NCBI GenBank assembly: GCA_963663235.2
Contig: CAXXNO010000012.1
Location: 160,001-224,000 of the forward strand
DNA: 64,000 nt
Reading direction: 5' to 3'
Source of the DNA: Dehalococcoidia bacterium
Lineage (GTDB): Bacteria > Chloroflexota > Dehalococcoidia > Bin125
A program made the position numbers and the translations under genes. Below the pieces are notes generated by a model. The model worked only from the letters and a program-made list of their open reading frames with translations. It did no database searches and was not told where the DNA came from. This document shows, one piece after another, positions 30,785 to 40,671 of this stretch; positions within the stretch are counted from its first letter, which is position 1, and each line of letters opens with the position of its first letter.

Positions 30785-32029
30785 ATGGACGGAAACGGCA
30801 ACGGCAGTAGCGGCCCCCTGGCGGGCATCAAAGTGATCGAATGCAGCACGTGGGCCTTCGGGCCTCTCGCAGGCGCAATGCTGGGGGACCTGGGCGCCGA
30901 CGTGATCAAGGTAGAGAACCCCGCCTCCCCGGATCAGGCCCGGACGTTGACCAAGGTGGGCGGCTTCGACACGGCCATGCCGGACGAACTGAGCTCGGTA
31001 TTCGAGATGATGAACCGCAACAAGCGGTCGATCGGTGTCGACCTCAAGTCGGAGCGAGGGCGGGACCTGTTCCGGGAGTTGATCAAAGACGCGGACGTCT
31101 TCCTGGAGAACTTCCGGCCGGGTGTCTTCGACCGGCTGGGCATCGGCTACGAGGACTTGCGCCAGATCAACCCCCGCATCATCTACGCCTCCACGTCAGG
31201 CTACGGCTTCCAGGGCGCTGAGTCGCAGCGCCCCGCGCTGGACCCGGTCGGCCAGGCCCGCTCCGGGTTCATGTGGTCCAGCGGCGGACCGGGCGATCCG
31301 CCCAACTGGAGCGCCACGGGATTCGCCGACATCATGGGCGCCAACGTGCTGGCCTACGGGATCGTCAGCGCCATCGCCGCGCGCGAGCTGCACGGAGTGG
31401 GCCAGAAGGTGGAATGCTCCCACATCATGGCGTCGATGTGGATGCAGTACATGGGGATCGGCGCGAGCATGCTCAAGGGGCTGCGCGACTGGCCCCGCAT
31501 CGACCGCAGCGCCGCGGAGAACCCGCTCATCAACCATTACCGCTGCGCCGACGACGAATGGATCATGCTGGGGATCGTGGACTCGACGCGGGACTGGGAA
31601 GCGTTCTGTGAAGCGATGGAGCTCAGCGATCTCATCGAGGAGCCGCGCTTCGCCACCGCCGACAAGCGGAACGAGAACCGGGCGGCGCTGATCGTCGCGC
31701 TGGACGCGCGCTTCGCGCAGGAGCCGCGGGCTGAGTGGGAGCGACGGCTGGGCGCGAACCCAGATCTGCTGTTTGAGCGGGTGCAGCGCGCCACCGAGCT
31801 GATCGACGACCCCGCCGTTCGGGCCAACGAGATGTTCGTGGATGTAGAGCACCCTCGCTACGGCACGCTGCCCTACCTGAACGCGGTGGTGGAATTCGAG
31901 CGGACGCCGGCGGGCGTCCGCAAGGTTGCGCCGGAGATGGGCCAGCACACGACGGACATCCTCCGCGAGCGCCTGGGTTACAAAGAGGCAGAGATCGCGG
32001 AGCTCGTGAGCACAGGCGTCGTGAGCTAG
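30785..32029 (+). CDS. Family III CoA-transferase (CaiB/BaiF)
   Basis: LGDLGADVIKVE, NRNKRS, ENFRPG, catalytic Asp in FADIMG. Confidence 0.9.
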   Translation: MDGNGNGSSGPLAGIKVIECSTWAFGPLAGAMLGDLGADVIKVENPASPDQARTLTKVGGFDTAMPDELSSVFEMMNRNKRSIGVDLKSERGRDLFRELIKDADVFLENFRPGVFDRLGIGYEDLRQINPRIIYASTSGYGFQGAESQRPALDPVGQARSGFMWSSGGPGDPPNWSATGFADIMGANVLAYGIVSAIAARELHGVGQKVECSHIMASMWMQYMGIGASMLKGLRDWPRIDRSAAENPLINHYRCADDEWIMLGIVDSTRDWEAFCEAMELSDLIEEPRFATADKRNENRAALIVALDARFAQEPRAEWERRLGANPDLLFERVQRATELIDDPAVRANEMFVDVEHPRYGTLPYLNAVVEFERTPAGVRKVAPEMGQHTTDILRERLGYKEAEIAELVSTGVVS

Positions 32030-32138
32030 GACGTCAGCGGTCCGTTGTAAGACGACGCGGGCGATCGAGCGCGCCCGCCTCAGCACTCAGGCTCCTCCAC
32101 GGGGCTCCCTTCGGTGGGCGGGGGTCAAGGAGTTGATC

Positions 32139-33371
32139 ATGACCACGGGCGCGCTGACAGGCATCAAAGTCCTCGACACCGGCCGCTACGTGCTGGGGCC
32201 GCTGGCCGGGGTGATGCTGGGCGACCTGGGAGCGGACGTCGTCAAGATCGAGGAACCGCTGGGCGATCCGTCGCGCGCGATCACGGACGTCAGCGGCGTT
32301 GACGTCAGTCTGCCCGACGGTGGTAGTTCCATGTTCGAGATCATGAACCGGAACAAGCGCTCTCTCGCTCTCGACTTGGGGCGAGAGGAAGGGCGGCAAC
32401 TGCTGCGCGACCTGGCTCGCGTGACCGACATTCTCATCGAGGACCCCGGGCCCGGCGGTCTCGACTTCGCCCAGCTGGGGCTCGACTACAAGGCGCTGTC
32501 GGCGTCGAACCCGCGGCTGATCTACGGGGCGGCCAGCGCCTATGGCAGAAAAGGACCGGATGCGGGCCGGCCGATCCTCGATCCGCTGATCCAGGCGCGC
32601 TCGGGCCTGATGTGGTCCGGCGGCGGTCCCGGCGACCCGCCCAACTGGAGCAGCATGGGAACTGCGGACGTCATGGGCGGGCAAACGTTGGCGTACGGGC
32701 TGGTGGCCGCTATCGCCGCGCGGGAGCGAACCGGCCAGGGCCAGCGGGTGGACGTGTCGGAGCTGATGGCATCGCTGTGGTTGCAGTACTGGGCCATAGA
32801 GGTGTGCGTCCTCAACCACCTGCCAGAATGGGCCCGCTTCGATCGGAAGAGCGTCGGCAACCCCCTCTGGAACTTCTACGAGTGCGCCGACGGTGAATGG
32901 ATCTCCTTGGGGATGATCGACTCGGAACGGGACTGGGAGCCATTCTGTCGGATCATGGAGTTGCCACATCTCATCGACGACCCGCGCTCCCGCACCGTCG
33001 AAGCGCGAATCGAGAACGCGGCCGTCCTGATCGAGGAGTTGGATCGTCGCTTCGCGGCCGAGACGCGCCCCGAGTGGGAGCGACGGATCGGCGCCAACCC
33101 CAACCTCATCTACACGCGGGTCCAGCGGATCGGGGACCTCCCCACCGACCCGGCCGTGCAGGCCAACGAGTACCTGGTGGACGTGGACCATCCGCGCTAC
33201 GGACCGACGAAGATGCTCAACCACCCGGTGACGCTGAAGGCGACACCGGCCGCTATCCGGCGGACGGCGCCGGGTTTGGGAGAGCACAGCGCCGAGATCC
33301 TCCAGGAGTGGCTGGGCCTGGGAGAGGACCGGATCGCCGGGTTGCGCAGCGACGCCGTCATTACGGCCTGA
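32139..33371 (+). CDS. Family III CoA-transferase (tandem paralog)
   Basis: LGDLGADVVKIE, NRNKRS, TADVMG; shares MWSxGGPGDPPNWS with preceding gene. Confidence 0.9.
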   Translation: MTTGALTGIKVLDTGRYVLGPLAGVMLGDLGADVVKIEEPLGDPSRAITDVSGVDVSLPDGGSSMFEIMNRNKRSLALDLGREEGRQLLRDLARVTDILIEDPGPGGLDFAQLGLDYKALSASNPRLIYGAASAYGRKGPDAGRPILDPLIQARSGLMWSGGGPGDPPNWSSMGTADVMGGQTLAYGLVAAIAARERTGQGQRVDVSELMASLWLQYWAIEVCVLNHLPEWARFDRKSVGNPLWNFYECADGEWISLGMIDSERDWEPFCRIMELPHLIDDPRSRTVEARIENAAVLIEELDRRFAAETRPEWERRIGANPNLIYTRVQRIGDLPTDPAVQANEYLVDVDHPRYGPTKMLNHPVTLKATPAAIRRTAPGLGEHSAEILQEWLGLGEDRIAGLRSDAVITA

Positions 33372-33529
33372 GCGACCGTCCCCTTCGTTGACCATCGCAC
33401 GTCCAGCGCCGTCCATCGGCCGCACAAGCCGTCGATCCTTCCCGGGACGTCGTTGCGTGCCACCCGGAGGGATCGAGCCGTTGCGATACACTGAGGCTGG
33501 TCCATCCCGGCACCAATGAAAGCGAATCC

Positions 33530-35050
33530 ATGGCCGACGCCCCCACGATCCTCGACTTGCTCCAGAGCGCCGACGGTGACGCGCCCGCGATCGGAGCGCC
33601 CGGCCGGCGATCGCTGACCTTTGATGGGCTGCGAGCCCACATCGCGCGGGTAGTCGAGACGCTGAACGGCTTCGGGCTGGGCCGGGGCGACCGCGTGGCG
33701 ATCGTGCTGCCCAACGGCCCGGAGATGGCCGCCGCCTTCCTGTCCGTGGCCGCGGGGGCGACGACCGCGCCACTCAACCCCGCCTGCCGCCGCGAGGAGT
33801 TCGAGTTCTACCTCTCCGACCTCGACGCGTCGGGAGTGATCGTGGAGGCGGGGTCCGCGTCGCCGGCTATCGCGGTGGCGCGCGAACGAGGCGTACCCGT
33901 CATCCAGCTCACGCCCCTTACGGATGGGGAAGCCGGGCGCTTCGAGCTCTCGGCGGATCGGCGCGGCGCACCGTCGAGCGGTGGTTACGCGGAGACGGAC
34001 GACGTCGCGCTCATGCTGCACACGTCCGGCACTACGTCACGGCCGAAACTGGTGCCGCTGCGGCATCGCAACCTGTGCGCGTCGGCGCGGCATATCCGCG
34101 AGACGCTTGACCTCCGCGCGGAGGATCGCTGCCTCAACATCATGCCGCTGTTTCACATCCACGGCCTCGTGGCGGCGGTGCTGTCCACCCTCGCGGCCGG
34201 CGGCAGCGTGTCCTGCAGCCCGGGCTTCGACGCGTTCAAGTTCTTCGACTGGATGTCAGCGGCGCAGCCGACCTGGTACACGGCGGTCCCGACGATGCAC
34301 CAAGCGATCTGCGCCCGCGCGGGGCGCCAGGCCGAGGTCATCGCCGCGAACCCCTTGCGCTTTATCCGCTCGTCCTCGGCATCCCTCCCCCCGAGTGCGA
34401 TGGGCGATCTGGAGAAGATGTTTCACGCCCCCGTCATCGAGAGCTACGGCATGACCGAAGCGGCGCACCAAATGACGTCCAACCCTCTGCCGCCAAGGGC
34501 GCGCAAGCCCGGCACAGTCGGCCCGGCGGCGGGACCCGAGGTCGCCATCATGGACGAAGCAGGCCGCCTGCAGCCGCCCGGCGCGACCGGCGAAGTAGTC
34601 ATCCGCGGCGCGAACGTGACGTTGGGCTACGAGCACAGTCCGGAGGCGAACGCGAGCGCCTTCAGCGATGGCTGGTTTCGCACGGGCGATGAAGGAGTGT
34701 TCGACGCGGACGGCTACCTCACCATCACCGGCCGCCTGAAGGAGATCATCAATCGCGGCGGCGAGAAGATCAGCCCGCGCGAAGTGGACGAGGCGCTGCT
34801 CGCGCACCCGGCCGTCGCGCAGGCGGTGGCGTTCGCCGTGCCTCACGACACACTGGGCGAGGACGTAGCGGCGGCGGTGGTCCTCCGGGAGGGGCACGAC
34901 GCCAGCGTGCAAGAGATCCGCTCCGTCGCGGCCGAGCGTGTCGTCGCGTTCAAGGTTCCACGACGGATCGTCATCGTGGACGAGATCCCGAAGGGCGCGA
35001 CCGGCAAGCTGCAACGGATCGGCCTGGCGAAGCAGCTCGGGCTAGCGTAA
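33530..35050 (+). CDS. Acyl-CoA ligase, oxalate--CoA ligase (AAE3/Oxs)-like
   Basis: HTSGTTSRPK, MPLFHIHGL, YTAVPTMHQ, RFIRSSSASL, YGMTEAAHQMTSNPLP, KLQRIGLA. Confidence 0.82.
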   Translation: MADAPTILDLLQSADGDAPAIGAPGRRSLTFDGLRAHIARVVETLNGFGLGRGDRVAIVLPNGPEMAAAFLSVAAGATTAPLNPACRREEFEFYLSDLDASGVIVEAGSASPAIAVARERGVPVIQLTPLTDGEAGRFELSADRRGAPSSGGYAETDDVALMLHTSGTTSRPKLVPLRHRNLCASARHIRETLDLRAEDRCLNIMPLFHIHGLVAAVLSTLAAGGSVSCSPGFDAFKFFDWMSAAQPTWYTAVPTMHQAICARAGRQAEVIAANPLRFIRSSSASLPPSAMGDLEKMFHAPVIESYGMTEAAHQMTSNPLPPRARKPGTVGPAAGPEVAIMDEAGRLQPPGATGEVVIRGANVTLGYEHSPEANASAFSDGWFRTGDEGVFDADGYLTITGRLKEIINRGGEKISPREVDEALLAHPAVAQAVAFAVPHDTLGEDVAAAVVLREGHDASVQEIRSVAAERVVAFKVPRRIVIVDEIPKGATGKLQRIGLAKQLGLA

Positions 35051-36030
35051 TGCGGATCTGCATCTACGGCGCCGGGGCCATCGGCGGATACATCGGCGCG
35101 CTGCTGGCCCGCTCCGGCGTCGATGTCACCCTCATCGCCCGAGGCCCACACTTGGCCGCCATGCGAGAGCGCGGCTTGACTCTGCGCATCGGCGGCGAGG
35201 AGATCATCACGCACCCCCGCTGCACCGATGACCCCGAAGAGGCGGGCCCGCAAGACTATGTCATCGTCACGCTCAAGGCGCACTCGGCGCCGGGCGTCGT
35301 AGAGCGGATGCAGCCGTTGCTGGCGCCGGAGACGGCCGTTGTCACGGCCATGAACGGCCTCCCCTGGTGGTACTTCTACGGGCTCGACGGCCCCTACCGC
35401 GACCGCCAACTGGAATGCTTAGATCCCAGCGGCAAGCAGTGGCGGGGGATTGGACCGGAGCGGGCCATCGGCGCCGTGCTCTGGCAATCGTGCGAACTCG
35501 TGGAGCCGGGCGTGGTGCTGCACGTCGAGGGGAACCGCATGACGATTGGAGAGCCCGACGGCGAACGTTCCGATCGCGCCGTGGCTCTCAGCAAAGCGTT
35601 GACCGCCGCCGGGTTGAAGGCGCCGGTGCACCGCAACATCCGCAACGAGATCTGGCTGAAGCTGTGGGGCAACCTCTCGTTCAACCCGATCAGCGCCTTG
35701 ACGCACGCCACGCTGGAGAGCATCGCCCGCGACCCGGGCACGCGCGCCGCCGTGCGCTCGATGATGGAGGAGAGCCGGGCCGTGGCCGAGAACCTGGGCG
35801 TCGAGTTCGCGATGAGCTTGGAGGAGCGGATCAAGACGGCCGAGAACGTCGGCGCGCACAAGACTTCTATGCTGCAAGACCTAGAACAAGGGCGGCCGAT
35901 GGAGATCGACGCCCTGGTCGGCGTCGTGAGCGAGTTGGGCCGCCTCGTGAGTGTCCCGACCCCCACCATCGACGTCGTCTACGCGCTGATCGTGCAGCGC
36001 GCCCGCGAAGCGGGATGCTACCCCCCGTAG
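35050..36030 (+). CDS. Ketopantoate reductase family protein (oxalyl-CoA reductase PanE2-like)
   Basis: IYGAGAIG, NGLPWWYF, WLKLWGNLSFNPISAL, HKTSMLQD; start overlaps ligase stop. Confidence 0.82.
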   Translation: MRICIYGAGAIGGYIGALLARSGVDVTLIARGPHLAAMRERGLTLRIGGEEIITHPRCTDDPEEAGPQDYVIVTLKAHSAPGVVERMQPLLAPETAVVTAMNGLPWWYFYGLDGPYRDRQLECLDPSGKQWRGIGPERAIGAVLWQSCELVEPGVVLHVEGNRMTIGEPDGERSDRAVALSKALTAAGLKAPVHRNIRNEIWLKLWGNLSFNPISALTHATLESIARDPGTRAAVRSMMEESRAVAENLGVEFAMSLEERIKTAENVGAHKTSMLQDLEQGRPMEIDALVGVVSELGRLVSVPTPTIDVVYALIVQRAREAGCYPP

Positions 36031-36090
36031 GCACCCGGGACCACGATCACGAGTTCGCGGCGTAGCCGATAACCCCAAGGGCGACGGGGC

Positions 36091-36933
36091 TCAGGGCGCG
36101 GCTGCCAAGCCGTCGAGAAAGGCTTGAATCTCGACGGCGAGCGGTTGCGGCTCCTCGTCCACGAGGTATGCGCCGCCCGGCACGGTCACGCACTTCGCGT
36201 CGGGCCGCGCGTCGCACGCGGGCTGCAGGTAGGGATAGAGGATGTCGCGCTCGCCGCAGAGCAGCAGGATGGGACACCGCACACGCGCCAGGGCCGCGGG
36301 GAGGTCATGGTCGAACACGGCCAGGACGGCCTCGTGGTAGAGCTCGCCCGCGGAGAGGTTATCGACGGTGTCGCGATGAATGATGGCGGGCGCGGCCTGG
36401 GGATCGATGTCCTGGAGACGCTTCCAGATCGCCGTCAGATGGCTGCCGTCGGGCTGGATGATCATGGGACCAACGCTCACATTGCGGAAATCCGCACGCT
36501 TCTCCGCAGCGCCGGTGACCTTGCTCTTCCACTGCGCCCGCTCCTCCGCGTTGGCGTAGGGCGGGCCGCAGAGCATGATGCTCTCGACCCGTTCGGGGGC
36601 CACCACGGCCATCTCGCAAGCGATGGAGGCGCCGGTGTGGAAGCCGAAGGCGTGAAAGCGATCAACGCCGAGGTCCTGGAGCGCCTCCAGCAGCGCAGCG
36701 GCGTAGTACCCGACCGTGGGGTCCGGCGGAGGGAAATCGGACTGGCCGAAGCCGGGTGTGTCCGGGGCGACCATCCGATAGTGCCCTTGGAGAATCTCCA
36801 TGAGCGACTGATACATGGCCGAGGAGCCGGCGGTCTGGTGGAGGAGGACCAGCGGCGCACCCGGACCCTTGCCGCCGAGGCGGTAGTGGATCTGGCCGTC
36901 CGCCCAGTCGACGTAGTCCCGCGTGATGGCCAT
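36091..36933 (-). CDS. Alpha/beta-hydrolase-fold protein, paralog of 27263-28114
   Basis: YVDWADGQIHYR, LLHQ, DTPGFGQSD, GFHTGA. Confidence 0.83.
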   Translation of the reverse strand: MAITRDYVDWADGQIHYRLGGKGPGAPLVLLHQTAGSSAMYQSLMEILQGHYRMVAPDTPGFGQSDFPPPDPTVGYYAAALLEALQDLGVDRFHAFGFHTGASIACEMAVVAPERVESIMLCGPPYANAEERAQWKSKVTGAAEKRADFRNVSVGPMIIQPDGSHLTAIWKRLQDIDPQAAPAIIHRDTVDNLSAGELYHEAVLAVFDHDLPAALARVRCPILLLCGERDILYPYLQPACDARPDAKCVTVPGGAYLVDEEPQPLAVEIQAFLDGLAAAP

Positions 36934-37177
36934 CGATCGAGATCCTCGCAGTCGTGCTCACGATCTCTGCGCCGTCTCTCGCTCCCAGGGGTCGACGCCG
37001 ACCCGCGGCAGCCTATCACACGCGCGCGCGCCGACCGAGCCACCCCGTGAGCGGTTGTGGCTCCAGTGGTAGCGCGCTGCATGTTGCGCAGAAAGCCCCT
37101 GATCTACGCTGTGGTGACGACAGGCAACGTCCGACGCGCGCCGGCAGAGGCGCGGGTGGGTGAAGACGTGAGGGGCG

Positions 37178-38386
37178 ATGGAACTCGGCGTTGCCTCCGG
37201 GCTCGGCTCGGCGATCACCGTGGCGATCACCGCCATGTTCATCACGACCGAAGCGCGGCGCATCGACACGCTCTCGTTAGGGTTCCTGCGCGCCATCTGG
37301 GCGGGCGTCTTCTTCGCGGTCATGCTCGTCGCGCTGTCGTCGGTGGACGACCTGCTGGAGATGAGCTTCGACCAGATGTGGCCGCTGGCGGTCTCCGGCT
37401 TCCTGGCGTCGGGGAGCGGGGAGACGATCTACGCGGCAACGTTCTACTTGATGGGGATGGTCCGGGCGCTGCCCATCGTGATGGGGCTGCACATCCTCCT
37501 GGCGTTCGTGGGCTCCGCGATCTTCCTCGGGGAGACGGCGACGGTGGAGGCAGGCGCGGGCGCGGCGCTGGTGGTCGGCGGCGTCTACCTGGTCGCGATC
37601 CACGGGCACCCACGTCGCGAAGCGCCGAGCGCCAGCGCACCATCGCGGAGAGGCCGGAAACGATTTCGTCCCTGGGCGAAGACAGATCCGGTCGTCGAGC
37701 CGAGCGGCCTTGCGATCGAAGCAGCTGCCGCAACCAGTGTCAGCCGGCCATCGCCGGACGTGCGCGGCGGGGGCGGAGAGCTCCAACTGCCGATCCGCAC
37801 CCCCAGCGGGACGTATCCGTCGCCGACAAGCTCCCGAGTGGCAGAAGCAACGATCGTGGCGCCCGTCGCGGTGCCGTTGCTGTTCCTGGGCTCCGCCCGC
37901 CTGGGCTCCCTCTCGAAAACGGCCGTGAGGTCGCCGCTCATGCGTTGGATCCTCGCCCACCGGGTGGCCGTCGGGCTGGCGGTCGCCCTGCTCACCGGCA
38001 TCAATTTCGCGACCGCCAGCGTCATGCTGCGCGACGCCTCAGTCGACATCGATCCGGCGGCCGCGACCTTCGTGCGGACGCCGGGGATGATTGTCGTGCT
38101 CGGAATCGCGGCGCTGGCCTGGCCCAAGTCCAACCTGCGGCGCATGGATTTCAGCCGACGCAGCATGATCTCCGTGGCGATCATCGGACTGATCGGCACC
38201 GGCGGGGGCGCGTTCTTCTTCATCCCGGCGGTTCAGGAACTCGGCGCCGGGAAGGCCGCGGCGCTGGCCTCGTCCGGCCCGATTTTCGGCCTGCCACTGG
38301 CGCTGTTCTTCCTCCGGGAGCGCGTCACGATCTGGGGCGTGCTCGGAACGGCCGCCGCGGTGGCCGGCATCGTCGTGATGTCCTGA
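37178..38386 (+). CDS. DMT/EamA family transporter with long central linker
   Basis: Two 5-TM halves; C-terminal PIFGLPLALFFLRERVT. Confidence 0.8.
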   Translation: MELGVASGLGSAITVAITAMFITTEARRIDTLSLGFLRAIWAGVFFAVMLVALSSVDDLLEMSFDQMWPLAVSGFLASGSGETIYAATFYLMGMVRALPIVMGLHILLAFVGSAIFLGETATVEAGAGAALVVGGVYLVAIHGHPRREAPSASAPSRRGRKRFRPWAKTDPVVEPSGLAIEAAAATSVSRPSPDVRGGGGELQLPIRTPSGTYPSPTSSRVAEATIVAPVAVPLLFLGSARLGSLSKTAVRSPLMRWILAHRVAVGLAVALLTGINFATASVMLRDASVDIDPAAATFVRTPGMIVVLGIAALAWPKSNLRRMDFSRRSMISVAIIGLIGTGGGAFFFIPAVQELGAGKAAALASSGPIFGLPLALFFLRERVTIWGVLGTAAAVAGIVVMS

Positions 38387-38511
38387 CGGGCACAGCCGCG
38401 CGCAAGGATGCGCCGGGCGGCGGCGCTCGCAGTCGCCGAGGCATGACCGCCGACGGGCAGTCGCGTACCATCCTCGATAAGACAGGCCGACGCCCACGGA
38501 AGGGCCGACCC

Positions 38512-39714
38512 ATGCCAGAGCCGATGTCCGAGGACCAGACACACGATGCACCGCTGCCGCTGTCACACATCACGGTCATCGACCTGACGAGGTTTCGCGC
38601 CGGCCCCACCTGCGTGCGGCAACTGGCGGACATGGGCGCGGACGTCATCCAGGTGGCGACCCCACCGGAAGAGAACGACGTGTTCCGCGCGCAAGGATCC
38701 GACTACCAGAACCTGCATCGCAACAAGCGCTCGATCATCCTGGACTTGAAGAGCGAGCAGGGCGCGGACATCTTCACGCGGCTCGTGCAGCGCGCCGACG
38801 TCCTGGTGGAGAACTACCGCCCGGACGTGAAGCGTCGGCTGGGGATCGACTACGAGGCCGTGAGCCGGATCAACCCTCGGCTGATCTACGGCAGCATCTC
38901 CGGATTCGGCGAGGAGGGACCCTACCGCGACCGACCCGGCTACGACCAGATCGCACAAGGGTTGGGCGGTCTCATGTCGATCACCGGCGCGCCGGGGGAC
39001 GGGCCGATGCGCGTAGGGATTCCGGTCGCCGACCTCTCCGCCGGCCTGTTTCTGGCACAGGGCATCCTGGTCGCGCTCCTGGAGCGGGAGCGCTCGGGCC
39101 AGGGGCAGTGGGTCCGCACCTCACTGCTGCAAGCGATGATCCACATGCTCGACTTCCAGGCCACCCGCTGGCTCATCGACGGCGTCGACCCGCCGCAGGC
39201 GGGGAACGATCACCCCACGGCGTTCCCCACGGGCGCGTTTCGCGTGCGCGCCGGGAGCATCAACATCGCCGCGACCACGCAGTCGCAGTGGGAGCGGCTG
39301 TGTGAAGTGATCGCCGCGCCGGAGCTGATCGAGGACGCTCGCTTCGCAGGGCCGCGCGAGCGCTCGAAGAACCGGCGCGACCTGACGGCGGAACTGGAGC
39401 AGCGGATCCAGGCGGTCGAGGCGGAGGAGTTGATCGAGCGGCTGAACCAGGCCGGTGTCCCGGCCGGGCCGATCCTCAGCGTGCGTGAGGTGTTCGAGAA
39501 CGAGCAGGTGCGCGCGCTTCCGACCACCGCGACGGTCGATCACCACCAATTGGGCCGGCTGGAGATCCTCGGGATCCCGTTCGGGTTGTCGCGCACGCCG
39601 GGGGCGGTGCGGGCAGCGGCTCCGGACCCGGGACAGCACACCGATGAAATCCTGGCCGAGCTGGGGTACGCCGAAACCGAGCGATCCGCCCTCCGCGAGG
39701 CCGGCACGGTCTGA
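38512..39714 (+). CDS. Family III CoA-transferase
   Basis: AGPTCVRQLADMGAD, HRNKRS, ENYRP, GYDQIAQG, VADLSAG. Confidence 0.9.
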   Translation: MPEPMSEDQTHDAPLPLSHITVIDLTRFRAGPTCVRQLADMGADVIQVATPPEENDVFRAQGSDYQNLHRNKRSIILDLKSEQGADIFTRLVQRADVLVENYRPDVKRRLGIDYEAVSRINPRLIYGSISGFGEEGPYRDRPGYDQIAQGLGGLMSITGAPGDGPMRVGIPVADLSAGLFLAQGILVALLERERSGQGQWVRTSLLQAMIHMLDFQATRWLIDGVDPPQAGNDHPTAFPTGAFRVRAGSINIAATTQSQWERLCEVIAAPELIEDARFAGPRERSKNRRDLTAELEQRIQAVEAEELIERLNQAGVPAGPILSVREVFENEQVRALPTTATVDHHQLGRLEILGIPFGLSRTPGAVRAAAPDPGQHTDEILAELGYAETERSALREAGTV

Positions 39715-39717
39715 CGC

Positions 39718-40590
39718 TCAGGATTTCTGTGTGGCCAGGAACCCACCCCCGCTGCTCGCCGGCCGGGAGGCCCACTTCCCCGCCTCCACGGCGGTGAGGA
39801 AATCCAGCACCGTCCGGTTGAACAGGTCCGGCTCCTCCAGGTTCATGGCGTGACCGGTCTGGGGAAAGACCACGAGCCCGGCCCGCTCGATCCGGGTCTT
39901 CAAGAAGAGGGAGGGCTCCATGGCGGCGGCGTCCTCATCGCCCACCATGACGAGCGTCGGGACATCGAGAGCGCGGAGCCGCTCATCGAAGGCGTAGATG
40001 GGGGGGCGCCCGCCCTGCACGCCCCGCAGCGTGAGCGCCGACCCGAGGGGTGAATGGCCCGCCAGCAACGTGGCGAACTCCTCCCAGCCGGTGGGGTCCT
40101 TGCGCTGAAGCTGTATCCGAGTCGGGCCGACGGCGTAGGCCTTCATCGCATCCATGCCCTCGGCATCGATGCGATCCGCCAGCCGCGCGCACTCCGTACG
40201 GAAGCGGTCCGGATCGGTGCTGCCGGTCCCAGCGCCGGCGACGATCAACGCCCGAGCCATCTCCGGGTGGTCGAGTCCGAATTGGAGGGTGGTGGAGCCG
40301 CCCATCGAAAGGCCACCGACGAAGGCCTGCTCAATGGCGAGATGACGGAGCAGTTCGTAGAGGTCCGCCGCCGCCTGCTCTTGTGAATAGGCCTCGGGAT
40401 CGTCCGGGACGTCGGAGGGGGGATAGCCCCGGGCGTTATACGTGATGACGCGGTACCGACGCGAAAAGAAGCGGACCTGTGACTCCCAGCTCTCGCGGCT
40501 GCCGCCGAACTCATGACACAAGACCAAGGGGAAGCCGTCGCCGGCCTCCGCGTACTCAATGCTCACGCCGTTCAGCGTCGCTCGTGGCAT
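39718..40590 (-). CDS. Alpha/beta hydrolase
   Basis: HEFGG, GLSMG (GxSxG), VGDED, TGHAMNLE: complete triad. Confidence 0.88.
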   Translation of the reverse strand: MPRATLNGVSIEYAEAGDGFPLVLCHEFGGSRESWESQVRFFSRRYRVITYNARGYPPSDVPDDPEAYSQEQAAADLYELLRHLAIEQAFVGGLSMGGSTTLQFGLDHPEMARALIVAGAGTGSTDPDRFRTECARLADRIDAEGMDAMKAYAVGPTRIQLQRKDPTGWEEFATLLAGHSPLGSALTLRGVQGGRPPIYAFDERLRALDVPTLVMVGDEDAAAMEPSLFLKTRIERAGLVVFPQTGHAMNLEEPDLFNRTVLDFLTAVEAGKWASRPASSGGGFLATQKS

Positions 40591-40671
40591 GACACGCCTC
40601 ACTCTCCGCGCTGTTCGAGCAGTATACGGATCGGCGGCGGCGGACGAACGCCTGGGCCGCAGTTCCCGCGC

